Source: Mantamonas sphyraenae STR306
Lineage: Eukaryota > Protista > CRuMs
Length of the DNA: 64,000 nt
Direction: 5' to 3'
Assembly: GCA_026936335.1 (NCBI GenBank)
Contig: JAPMXV010000072.1
Span: 186,001 to 250,000, forward strand
The notes beneath the pieces were generated by a model. The model worked only from the letters and a program-made list of their open reading frames with translations. It was not told the DNA's origin and did no database searches. This document shows, in pieces, positions 31,667 to 42,369 of this stretch (within the stretch, counting starts at the first letter, position 1; the number at the start of each line of letters is the position of its first letter). Made by a program: the position numbers and the translations under genes.

Positions 31667-33294
31667 ATGGGTTGCGTAGGTTGGGGCAGCGTGAAGCAGA
31701 AGCAATGGTAAGAGGGAGCAGAGAGCGAGAGAGAGGGTCATAGGAGAGGGATCACTGATACAGATGGGGCTCATTGGGGGGGGGGTGTTGGGACCCGCGG
31801 GGCCCGTGTGGTGTATGCAGGATGCCGCAGATATCCTGTTGGGACAGGAGCACAAGGAGGAGAGCAAGAAACAGGCGCGGCAGAAGGAGAAGGAGCTGAA
31901 GCGGGCGGTGGCACGAGCAGCCGCGGCCAAGAAGCGGAGGAAGCAGAAGAAACGGCCGACAGGACTGCACAGGGAGTTGGCCATGTTGAAGGACGGAGAG
32001 GGAGGAGGGGAGGTGGAGACCATGGTGCCATCGGCCACGGTGGAGGAGGCGTTTCAAGCCAAGCGGACGATTGTGGATCCGTCGCAGGAGGTTCACTGGA
32101 AGGAGGAGGCGTACAGGACGAGTGGTGGGATCGTGTTGCGGAATTGGATGAAAAGGGTGGGACGGGAGGCGGTGGAGGAGGAGGTGGTGGTGGAGGGACA
32201 GAGGGGAGGAGGCGGAGGCAGGGAGGGAGAGGTGGAGGGGGAGGGGAGGGTGGTGAAGGAGGACCCGTTTGCACGGTACAGAGTGGGGTTGGATTGGCAG
32301 AGAAGGTACAGCGACAAAGAGTACGAAGAGTACTTTGTGAGCAAGGAGTGGAGCAGGGAGGAGACGGATGAGCTGATGGAGGCGTGCGAGGCGTTTGACA
32401 ACCGGTTCGTGGTGGTGGCGGACCGGGTGGGGTTTGAGCGGAGTGTGGAGGCGATCAAGCAGAGGTACTATCACATTGCACGGACACTGTTGGAAATCCA
32501 TGGCGGGGAGGAGGCACGCAGTCATCCGCTGCGTACAGTGCGGTTTGATGCAGAGTACGAAACACGACGCAAGGCACACCTGCACCAGCTGGCGTCCAGG
32601 CCAAACAGCTACGTGGCACGGCAGAGGGAACTGAAAACAGAAATGGCAAGGATCCAACAGGAACGGACTCTGGCGGGACTGCCAGCAATCATCGATCCGA
32701 ATGATCTGGAGGAAGGGGGAGGGCGGCGACGCAAGCGGAAACGCAACAGGACACGAGGTGGAGGGGGCAGAGGATGGAGACGACGAGGATGATGATGATG
32801 ATGAGGAGGAGGGACGTGGAGGAGGGGGTGGGAATGGAGAGGACGGGAAGGGCAAACAACATCAGCAGCAGCAGCAGCAGCAGCAGGAGGGGAACGGTGG
32901 GACAGGGAGCAGCAAGAGTGCCCTGCCAAGGTTCCTGTGCAATGAGAAACAGCGTGCGAAAAAGGTGGATGTGGCAGGACTGTACACAGTGTCGCAAAAG
33001 CTGTTTTCGCCTGTGCCGGGGATCTCAGCCAAGGCAAACGAACGTGTGGACCTGGCACTCACCGAGTTGGGGATCCCCAGGCAGCCCATGCCCTCGGTGG
33101 AGGTGCTGGAGGCGTTTGAGAACCTGAGGCAGGACATTATGGAAGTGCATGAGCAACGCAAGGTGCTGGAGAAGAAACGGGGAGACCTGCTCAAGGCCAA
33201 GAAGAGGCTGCAGGAGTTGCAGGATGCGACGGGTGGCCTTGCTGTGGCGGCAGCGGGTGAGGCGAGGGGAAGGAAGAGGCAGAGGGTAGGGTGA
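31667..33294 (+). CDS. DMAP1: DMAP1/Swc4 (SWR1/NuA4 subunit); 9-nt first coding exon, intron 31676-31820; apparent frameshift at about 32765
   Basis: MGC/DAADILLG; RPTGLHREL; SANT domain WSREETDELM..FDNRFVVVADR..RSVEAIKQRYY; FDAEYETRRK; PMPS..V..FENLR. Confidence 0.85.
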
Positions 33295-33355
33295 CGGGTG
33301 ACGGGTGGAGGGAGGGATGGATGCGCAGAGTTGGATACCAAAAAGTTAGAAGAGA

Positions 33356-34930
33356 ATGGACACGGAAAAGACAGTGCAGTTTGTGCAGGAGCAGTTTCAG
33401 TGTGAGTGGAGGGAGGGGAGAGGGAGGGGAGAGGGAGGGACAGCGTGCTGACATGGCTGTGCAGCGACGGTGTTGCCGACGCTGGAGGAGTTTATCAAGA
33501 TCCCGAACCAGTCGCCCGAGTACGACGAGGAGTGGGCAAGCAATGGTCTGCAGGAGCAGGTGGTGGAGCTGTTGACGGGCTGGGTCAAGAGCCAGGAGGT
33601 GGAGGGGCTGACGATGGAGGTGATGGCAGAGGAAGGACGTACGCCACTGATTTACATGTCGTTGGCCGGGACAGGTCAGGAAGACGACCCGAGCCAGCCG
33701 ACTGTGCTGCTGTACGGCCACTTTGACAAGCAACCACCTCTGACGGAGATGTGGGACGATGGCATGGGCCCGTACACGCCGGTGCAGAAGGACGGGAAGC
33801 TGTATGGAAGGTAAATGGCAACGGGAAGGGAGGGAGGGGAAAGAGAGGGGAAACGCAGGGGTGCTGACACGGGAGGGGACAGGGGTGGAGCGGACGACGG
33901 GTATGCAATCTTTGGAGCGGTGACTGCGATGAAGGCGCTTCAGGCACAGGGGGTGGCACACGCACGGCTGGTGACGATCATCGAAGGGTCGGAGGAGAGC
34001 GGGTCGCCAGATCTGCCGTTCTACGTGGATCTGCTGAGCGAGCGGATCGGAAACGTGGAGCTGGTGGTGTGCCTGGACTCTGGGGCGCTGACGTACGATG
34101 CTCTGTGGACGACGACAAGTCTGCGCGGGTACATCGGAGGCACTCTGCGTGTGTCGCTGCTGACGGAAGGCGTGCACAGCGGAGATGGCAGCGGAATCGT
34201 GCCTGGGACCATGCGTGTGATGCGGCTGCTGCTGGACAGGCTGGAGGACGCCAAGACGGGCGAAGTGCATGAACTGTTCCAGGTGGAGATTCCGGAGGAG
34301 CGTACGGCACAGGCCAAGGCGCTTGGGGAGGAGATGGGAGAGACGGTGTGGAAACACTTTCCGTACCAGGAGGGAGCGCAGCCGGTGAGCAAGGACGCGA
34401 CGGAGCTGCTGCTGAACAGGACGTGGAAGGCACAGCTGGCGGTGGTGGGAGCAGACGGGTTCCCCAAGCCTGCAGTGGCAGGGAACGTGCTGCGCTCTGT
34501 GTCTGAGCTGAAGCTGAGCGTGCGCATCCCGCCGACCCTGGACGGGGCCAAGGGGGCTCAGGCGATGAAGGAATTGCTGGAGGCGGATGCACCGTATGGA
34601 GCCAAGGTGGAGTTTGTGGACGTGGAGTACGCAAACGGGTGGAACGCACCGGCGACGGCGGAGTACCTGGAGACGGCGATCGAAAAGGCCAGCCAGGCGT
34701 TCTACGGCAAGCAGGCGTTTGGGTTTGGAGAGGGAGGGTCGATTCCGTTCATGGGCATGCTGGGAGAAAAGTTCCCCGAGGCGCAGTTTATGATCACGGG
34801 AGTGCTGGGACCCAACTCGAATGCGCACGGCCCGAACGAGTTTATGCACATCGAGATGACTGAGCGGGTGGTGGAGTGTGTCGCCTCGGTGATTGCCGAC
34901 CATCGGGTGTACGTGGATGGGCGAGAGTGA
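33356..34930 (+). CDS. M20 metallo-dipeptidase; introns 33402-33464 and 33811-33882
   Basis: FIKIPNQSP; YGHFDKQP; LYGRGGADDG restored by splicing; EGSEESGS; LDSG; GVHSG; GEGGSIPFM; SNAHGPNE. Confidence 0.93.
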
Positions 34931-34935
34931 GGCCA

Positions 34936-37900
34936 ATGCAGTTTGAGATGTTGAAACCGGTGGTGCTTGCGTTTTTGCTTCTGGGCTGCTGCGTGCAGAT
35001 TGCCATGGGTGGGTGTGCAGAGAGGACACAGTTGGTGGGGCTGTTGGAGAGCACGGGCACGTCAGTGGTGATGAACAACAAGTGCTACTGTGAGTGGAGT
35101 GGCGTCGACTGCAACGCAACCATGAGTTTCAATGCAACAGAGGCATGCTGTGGCAGCGGAAGGTTTGTGACAGGAATAACGTTGCGTGCAATGTCTGCCG
35201 TGAGTCTTCCGGATTCGGTGCGTGCGTTTGGAGGGCAGCTGAGGCGGTTTGAAATCCTGGGCAGCGTGTCGCCTGTGCCAGTGCTTCCGGAGTGGCTTGG
35301 AGATTTTGCGGCTCTGCAGGTGCTGAAGGTGACAAACGTGGGTCTGGCAAGGGTGCCAGATGCACTGCAGAAGCTGACGGAGCTGCAGGAGTTGGTTTTG
35401 TACGGGAATGTGCTGGAAAGGGTGCCGACTTGGGTTTGGGCGCTGCCGAGGTTGAGCACGCTGGACTGGAGCGAAAACAGTCTGAGCGAGCTGGACGATG
35501 GAGTGGCAAACGCCACGCAGCTTCAGTCGTTGAAGCTGTGGAAGAACGCGTTGGGAACGTTGCCTGAAAAGTTTGGCGAGATGAGGAATCTGCGCACTTT
35601 GGACGTCAGCGAGAACCAGCTGCAGGCGTTTCCAGCGAGCATGGAAGGACTTGGATTGCTTGAGTCGCTGCTTGCGAGCCAGAACCAACTTGCGGCGTTT
35701 GATGCAACGGGCATGGTGTCGCTGGAGACGCTTGTGCTGAACAACAACATCGTGTCGAACCTGAGCCTGTCGTTGGGGAGCCTCCGCCGCCTGAAGCAGA
35801 TCGACATGAGCGACAATGCTCTCGAGTCGCTGCCAGAGGAGATTGGGCAGCTGGGAGCATCGCTTGTGTCCTTGGATGTGACGGGGAATCCGAGACTCCA
35901 GCGTGTTCCCGATTCGATTTGCAACTTGTTCTCTCTGCAGCGACTGGCAATGACAGGGTGTCCCGTGGTGGAGCTTCCAGCAAACATCGGGCGTTTGGGC
36001 AATCTCACGTCGCTGTTGGTGACAGACAGCGAGTTGACGCACGTGCCAGAATCGATTGGGCAGCTGGCAAAGCTGACGGCGCTGTGGTTGGCAGGGTCCG
36101 CGGCGTTGAAGGAATTGCCCGCATCGATGGGCAAGCTGCGGAACTTGGAGTCGCTGTTCTTGAGCTATCTGCCGTTGTCGGAGGTGCCTGGGTGGGTGTG
36201 CAACCTGACGCAGTTGCGTGCTGTCGATTTCAGCTACAACCGGATCCGCACGTTGCCAGCATGCATCGGGGACCTGCAGAAGCTGAATGGACTGGTGCTG
36301 AACAACAACGAATTGGAAACGCTGCCCGAGTCGTTTGTGCAGCTCAAGTCTCTGAACACGCTGAATTTGAAGTTCAACCGGCTGAAGGTGTTGCCACGCG
36401 GATTCGGTGGGCTGTCATTGCTGCACACGCTGGAATTGAGCAACAACCCGTTGACTGCTCTTCCAGATGATCTGACATTGTTGTCTTCGCTGGATGTTCT
36501 GCGTCTGGACAACACAAGCTTGGTGCGACTGCCCGACGGGATGGACGTCATGCGGCTGTCGTGGCTGACGATGGACAACACGCCGCTGAAAAGACTACCT
36601 GCATCCCTGGGCAACCTGGTGACGCTGAGAATCCTTTCTGTGGCACATGCAGAGTTGGAGGAGTTGCCTGCAGAGATGGGGAGGCTGACGAATTTGTCAC
36701 AGATCACCCTCACGGCGAACAGGCTCACCTCGCTGCCTGAACTGGGCCTGATGAAGAGATTGACCTTTTTGGATGTGAGCAACAACTCGCTGAGACATCT
36801 TCCAGAGTCGTTGTGTGATTGTACGGCGCTGAACATCGTGGACGCGAGCGACAACTTGCTGACGATGCTTCCGAGCAAGATGCATCAACTGGTGCGGCTG
36901 AGCACGCTGGACGTGAGCAAAAACATGATCACGGAACTGCCGTTGAGCATGTCAGGGTTGGTGAAGCTGGACACGCTTCTTGTGGATCACAACCTGATCG
37001 CAGGGAGCATGCCCCGTTGGATCTACCGCCTGGCCTCTCTGGTGACCCTGCGTATGGCCAACAATTCGTTGGATGACTTGTTGGCGGGCTACACCTGTTC
37101 TGTGTCGTTCAAGAAGCTTGTGACGCTGGATGTGAGCGGAAACAAGATTGCCGGGAAAGTGCCAGCTTCGTTCTTTTCGTTGCCAGCGCTGCGCAGTCTG
37201 AACTTGGCGCGCAATAGGCTTGTGGGATTTTCACACCTGTGCGGGTCGGCGCTGACGAGGTCCAAGACGTTGGTGAGTGTGGACTTGCACTCGAACCAGT
37301 TTGTGTCGCTGGACGAGGCCGTGCTGAATTTGCGCATGTTGGAGACGCTGGACGCACGTGGGAATCGTCTGAGGGATGTGTTGACTCTGGGAGGGCGGTC
37401 GTTTGCCTCGACACGATTGCGCACGCTCATCCTTCGGGACAATCAACTGCCACGGATCCACTTTGACGCGCGTTCGAGTGCGTTTTCGCAGCTTGTTGAG
37501 CTGGATCTGTCGAACAACACGCACATGTACGGAGACGTGCTTACGATGCCGCGGATGCCTGTGGCGGAGCAGATCGACCTGTCCGACACGGCGTTGGAGG
37601 GCGATTTGAACGGGCTGCCTGTGATTGCCAGCCTTCGTCGACTGGACGTGCACAACACGAGGATCAGCGGTGCATTTGGCGCGTCGTACAACCACATTGG
37701 GTCGTCGAATAGTCTGTGGTATGCGGACGTGCGCAACACGAGCATTGTGCTGGCGAGCGGGGCGACGGACTGGCTGGTCGTGCAAGCGGGCAAGCAATTT
37801 GCCAACGGAAACGTGACGTGCCCCGAAGTGTCAGACACGCGTGGAACGTTGCAGTTCTACTACGAGCCATCCAACTGGATGGAACGGTGCTGGTGCCGCA

Positions 37901-39594
37901 CTGGGTTCTTTGGGTGGCATGGAGAATGCGTGCCGTGCGCCACGTCGGTGCGCCAGTGCAGCTGCGTCGACCAATTCATCCAGGGATGTCGGTTGGTCAC
38001 GGGAAGTGTGCTCCACAGGCCCCAGTCGATCATGAACGGGTCTGACACCTTTGTGGGCGTGCTGCCATGTCCTGTGGCGAGCGCGTGCTCGGCGCTGGTG
38101 CAAAACAATGCTGGACAGCGCAACAGCACACTGTCATGCTCTCCGGGGTACCGGAATGGATCGAGATTGTGTTCAGAGTGCGACCATGGGTACTATCGGA
38201 GTGGAAAGGCGTGTGCGGCATGCCCTGCGGGCGGAGTGTTTGCGGTGAGCGTTGTGGCGTGGGTGGTGATCTTTGTGGCAGCAGTGGTGGTTGTCAATCG
38301 GCTGCAAAAGTACAGCGGTGGCGAGACGGCGACGCTGAAGATTCTGCTGTTCTTCTGGCAGGTGTTTAGTGTGATTGAGACGAGCGCCATGAGCCTGGGA
38401 GCGGTTCTGGACAGCGCGGTGTCTCACCACGAAATCGACGGCGGAGTACTCGCGTCTATATCGCGTGTGCTCCATTGGATTCTTGTCGAGGTGGCCGGAC
38501 TTGTGAATTTGTCACCGACCTCGGCGGCGTGCATGTTTGCACCACCAGCCGGTTTCACCGAACCGTGGGAAGCCGAGTTTTTCCTGGGAGGTGTGCTGAT
38601 GCTGCCAATGGTGGCGATTGGGGTTTTTCTGTCCTACATGTACAACCGGTGGGCGCGATTTCGCGATTCGGATGGAAGGCGCGGACGGGAGTTTGTGGAG
38701 CTGCACAACGGGGTCGCCTCTGCGGACGACGATGAAGATGGTCTGAAGGGGGTGCCAGTGACGATTCGACATCATGTGGGTGGGGTGCTATTGTTTGCGA
38801 TGCACGTGGCGTATGGGCCGGTGCTGTTGCACAGCATGTCGCTGATGATGTGCACAGACACAAACACGGGGGCGGCGGAGCCGGATGGGCTGATGTTTTT
38901 GAACATGATGCCCTTTCTGGCTTGTCAAGGGCCAGAAAGCAGGCACGGGGCGCTGCTGGGGGTTCGGACGACTGCGTGGATGCTGTTTTTGGTCATTGGC
39001 GTGGGGTTGCCGGTCCTTGACGCGGCCGTCCTGTGGCGGCTGCGCAGAGAGAGGCAGCTGGAGCAAGCGTGGGCCAAAACGACGTTTGGATTTCTGTACC
39101 GATGCTACCGGGACGAGAATGTTTTGTACGAGCTGGTTGTGTTGCTGCGTCGATTTGTGATCACGCTACTGGTCACCGCGGTACCGTACTATGCATCGGT
39201 GACGTTCTTCATGTTGTTGTTTGCCACTCTGACGGCCTCCATTTGGTTCCATGCCAAGAGGATGCCGTTCCGGCGAAGACTGGACAACCAGCTGGAGAGC
39301 GTGAGTCTGCATTGCCTGAACGCGCAGCTGGTCGTGGGCGCGGCAATTGTGCTCAGCAACGACACGTTTGACAGTTCGATGATCGGATTGGCGACAGTGG
39401 TGATCGTGACGGCAACGTTTGTGGTGGGGATGCTGCTGTTTGCGGTGATGGGTGGGAAGCAGGTGTGGATGGCTGTGAGGTGGATGCGGGTGAAAGTGGG
39501 AGGACGGAGTCGCCCAGAGGGGTTGTTGGTGGAGAGGCTGTTGGATGGGGAAGAGGGGGAGGAGGATGGAGCGCGTGGGGAGACAGGAAAATGA
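34936..39594 (+). CDS. Intronless LRR receptor-like protein: signal peptide, about 30 LRRs, Cys-rich region, multi-pass TM domain
   Basis: Hydrophobic N-terminus; CEWSGVDC LRR cap; LxxLxLxxNxLxxLP repeats; CSPGY..SRLCSECDHGYY..C; about 9-10 TM helices including KILLFFWQV and FGFLYRCY..YELVVLLRR. Confidence 0.85.
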   Translation: MQFEMLKPVVLAFLLLGCCVQIAMGGCAERTQLVGLLESTGTSVVMNNKCYCEWSGVDCNATMSFNATEACCGSGRFVTGITLRAMSAVSLPDSVRAFGGQLRRFEILGSVSPVPVLPEWLGDFAALQVLKVTNVGLARVPDALQKLTELQELVLYGNVLERVPTWVWALPRLSTLDWSENSLSELDDGVANATQLQSLKLWKNALGTLPEKFGEMRNLRTLDVSENQLQAFPASMEGLGLLESLLASQNQLAAFDATGMVSLETLVLNNNIVSNLSLSLGSLRRLKQIDMSDNALESLPEEIGQLGASLVSLDVTGNPRLQRVPDSICNLFSLQRLAMTGCPVVELPANIGRLGNLTSLLVTDSELTHVPESIGQLAKLTALWLAGSAALKELPASMGKLRNLESLFLSYLPLSEVPGWVCNLTQLRAVDFSYNRIRTLPACIGDLQKLNGLVLNNNELETLPESFVQLKSLNTLNLKFNRLKVLPRGFGGLSLLHTLELSNNPLTALPDDLTLLSSLDVLRLDNTSLVRLPDGMDVMRLSWLTMDNTPLKRLPASLGNLVTLRILSVAHAELEELPAEMGRLTNLSQITLTANRLTSLPELGLMKRLTFLDVSNNSLRHLPESLCDCTALNIVDASDNLLTMLPSKMHQLVRLSTLDVSKNMITELPLSMSGLVKLDTLLVDHNLIAGSMPRWIYRLASLVTLRMANNSLDDLLAGYTCSVSFKKLVTLDVSGNKIAGKVPASFFSLPALRSLNLARNRLVGFSHLCGSALTRSKTLVSVDLHSNQFVSLDEAVLNLRMLETLDARGNRLRDVLTLGGRSFASTRLRTLILRDNQLPRIHFDARSSAFSQLVELDLSNNTHMYGDVLTMPRMPVAEQIDLSDTALEGDLNGLPVIASLRRLDVHNTRISGAFGASYNHIGSSNSLWYADVRNTSIVLASGATDWLVVQAGKQFANGNVTCPEVSDTRGTLQFYYEPSNWMERCWCRTGFFGWHGECVPCATSVRQCSCVDQFIQGCRLVTGSVLHRPQSIMNGSDTFVGVLPCPVASACSALVQNNAGQRNSTLSCSPGYRNGSRLCSECDHGYYRSGKACAACPAGGVFAVSVVAWVVIFVAAVVVVNRLQKYSGGETATLKILLFFWQVFSVIETSAMSLGAVLDSAVSHHEIDGGVLASISRVLHWILVEVAGLVNLSPTSAACMFAPPAGFTEPWEAEFFLGGVLMLPMVAIGVFLSYMYNRWARFRDSDGRRGREFVELHNGVASADDDEDGLKGVPVTIRHHVGGVLLFAMHVAYGPVLLHSMSLMMCTDTNTGAAEPDGLMFLNMMPFLACQGPESRHGALLGVRTTAWMLFLVIGVGLPVLDAAVLWRLRRERQLEQAWAKTTFGFLYRCYRDENVLYELVVLLRRFVITLLVTAVPYYASVTFFMLLFATLTASIWFHAKRMPFRRRLDNQLESVSLHCLNAQLVVGAAIVLSNDTFDSSMIGLATVVIVTATFVVGMLLFAVMGGKQVWMAVRWMRVKVGGRSRPEGLLVERLLDGEEGEEDGARGETGK

Positions 39595-40405
39595 ACTTGG
39601 ACGTGGCCGGAAGAAAGCGGCTGCTGACCCTTGTCCGCGAGGGTGCTGGCGAGGAGGAGCTGCTCGAGGTGATTGGAGGGATGACGAGGGTGCGTCTGCG
39701 TGGGGAGTTGGACTTGTTCAACTCGATGGTGCGTGGGAAGGACTTGGAACAGGTTTGCAGGGCGCTGGCCTGCTTTTGGACGGGGTGTCTGGGGCAAAGG
39801 CAGTGGGTGCGTTTGGAGAGATGCTGAAGAAGAACACGACTTTGCAGGAGCTTGCGCTAGGGAGGGAGGCGCGGGATGAAGAGAACCAGGCCGCCCTGCT
39901 GAAGGGATTGGAGGACAACTGGACGTTTTGGAGGCTATCGTCTGTTGGAGCAAGCTCGGGTTTGCTACGGAAGCTGGCTGAGAACCAACGGCTGGGGGCG
40001 ACGTTCTCAGCAGCGGCAGAGGCAGGGGATGTGGAGTGGATGGAGAGGTTGAGGGAGAAGGGTGTGGATGTGAACACCAGGGGAGGGGCCAGAACGGCGT
40101 TGGAGGGAGCTGTGATGGGAGATCAGGAGTTTGTGGTGGAGGTGTTGCGGGCGTGGGGCGCGAGGCCAAGGGAGAGAACGAGGGAGCTGGTGAGGGGGAA
40201 AGGGTGGAGAAAGGCGTGGCATTGGATTGGGTGGGGTGGACAGGTGGATGAGGCGATGGAGGTGGCGTTGGTGATGAACGGGGAGGAGAGGGAGGTGATG
40301 TTTGGGTGTGGTGGGATGGAGGGGTACGCACCGACTGCACAGTGGATGACACTGCCGGATGAGGTGATGGAGAGGGTGGTTGGGTGGGTGGGGAGGGGAG
40401 GGTGA
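39591..40405 (+). pseudogene. Degenerate or short LRR-ANK-F-box-like paralog (frame break at about 39775, most LRRs missing)
   Basis: MNLDV..GELDLFNS in one frame; NTTLQELALG, ANK and the WMTLPDEVMERVV tail in another. An assembly indel cannot be excluded. Confidence 0.55.
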
Positions 40406-40454
40406 GAGAGTGGGAGGTGAATCAAGCGCAGTGGCATCCAACGTGATTGACAAG

Positions 40455-40520
40455 GTAGAGGAGTTGTTGGGTCGGTTGGTGTCGACGGTTGGTGGCGTTC
40501 ATGCTGACGGGGAAATGCAG
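40455..40520 (+). other. Putative 5'-UTR intron (duplicate at 42294-42359; analogous one at 51574-51691)
   Basis: AAG/GTAGAG..GCTGAC..TGCAG ending 10 nt before the ATG; the upstream frame that would join the CDS contains a stop. Confidence 0.55.
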
Positions 40521-40530
40521 AGTGGACGAG

Positions 40531-42244
40531 ATGAGCTCACAGGAGATTGTTGATTGGGGTGTCCTGCTGCAAAGTGGGGACCATGAACGCATTTGCAGTC
40601 AATTGAACGCAATGGGAGAGGTTTGTTTTCCTGAGGGACCGGGAGAGCGTGATGGGACGCGTCCTGACACATGGTGAACAGGGACTGAGCCTGTTTGGAA
40701 AGAAGCTGGGAGGAAGACAACAAGCAGCGGCTCTGGCAAAGGCGTTGAGCGGGAACAAGAGCCTGCGGAGGTTGAATCTGTACAACAACTGCATCGACGA
40801 CGAGGGAGCAGAAGCAGTCGCAGAGGCTTTGAGAAGGAACCGCAGCTTGCAGAGCTTGAATATGGGTCACAATCGAATTTGCGACGGAGGTGCAGCTGCT
40901 CTGGGGCAGGCACTGAGTGAAAACTTCACCTTGAAGGTGCTGTATCTGCAAGACAACAACATCACTGGCTTTGGGGCAGCAGCTCTGGCAAAGGGATTGA
41001 GCGGGAACAAGAGCTTGCAGACCGTGAACTTGAGCAGCAACGGAATTGGCTCAGAAGGAGCAGTGGCCTTGGCCAAGGCTCTAGGTGAGGGTGATATGTT
41101 GCAGACACTGTCTCTCTGTAGTAATAGCATTGGTGCAGAAGGGGCCGCAGCTCTGGCAAAGGCGTTGGCAGTGAGCAAGAGCCTGCGGAAGTTGATCCTG
41201 TACACAAACGGCATTGGTGCGGAAGGAGCAGCAGCACTGGGACAGGCATTGGCAAAGAACTGCAGCTTGACGATGATGGATGTTGGGAGCAACAACATCG
41301 GTGCGCAAGGGGCAATCGCTCTCTTGCAAGGAGTGGGCAAGAACCGCAGCTTGACTCGACTCGACTTGTGGAGCAACAACGTCGAATCAGAGGGAGCCAC
41401 GGCACTGGCCAAGGCATTAGCCCAGAACAGCAGCTTGCAGATGGTGGACTTTTGCGATAACAACATTGGCGACCAAGGAGCAGCAGCACTCGGGGAGGAG
41501 CTCGTCAAGAACAGCAGTTTGCAGAGCCTGAACCTAGGATACAACGGCATTGGGGCCGAAGGAGCAGCTTCACTGGCCAAAGCACTGTGTATGAACAGCT
41601 GCTTGCAGACCCTCTTTCTCAACGGCAACGGGATTGCCGATGAAGGAGCAGCAGCAGTTGCGCAAGCACTCAGTGAGAACAGCAGCTTGCAGACACTGAA
41701 CCTGGGCAGGAATAACATTGGACACACAGGTTTGGCGGCACTGGCGAAAGCGATGGAGGGCAATCGATCGTGCTGGAGCATGCGAGAAATCGGCAGCGAC
41801 GCAATTGCGTTGTGCACTCGGAGGAACGAGGAGAAACACAGGGAGTTTGTGGAGTGTGGGGATGTGAAGAAGATGCGAGAGTTGAGGGAGTGGGGCGTGC
41901 CACTGGACACGTCTGCGGGGGAGCGAGAGAGGACGGCGATGGAGAGAGCAGTGCAGCGAGCGGATGACGGGATTGTGGAGGAGTTGCGGGCGTGGGGTGC
42001 GAGGCCGAGGATGGAAACGGTGGAGATGGTGAGGGAGGAAGGGTGGAGGAAGGCGTGGCATTGGATTGGGTGGTGTGGGCAGGTGGATGAGGCGATGGAG
42101 GTGGCGTTGGTGATGAATGGGGAGGAGAGAGAGGTGATGTTTGGGTGTGGTGGGATGGAGGGGTACGCACCGACTGCACAGTGGATGACACTGCCGGATG
42201 AGGTGATGGAGAGGGTGGTTGGGTGGGTGGGGAGGGGAGGGTGA
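40531..42244 (+). CDS. LRR(RI-like, 12 repeats)-ANK-F-box-like protein, copy A; intron 40621-40681
   Basis: 90-nt exon 1 splices in frame to 28-aa RI-type LRRs; ANK-like WGVPLD..TAMERAV; tail WMTLPDEVMERVVGWV. Confidence 0.85.
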
Positions 42245-42369
42245 GAGAGTGGGAGGTGAATCAAGCGCAGTGGCATCCAACGTGATTGACAAGGTAGAGG
42301 AGTTGTTGGGTCGGTTGGTGTCGACGGTTGGTGGCGTTCATGCTGACGGGGAAATGCAGAGTGGACGAG

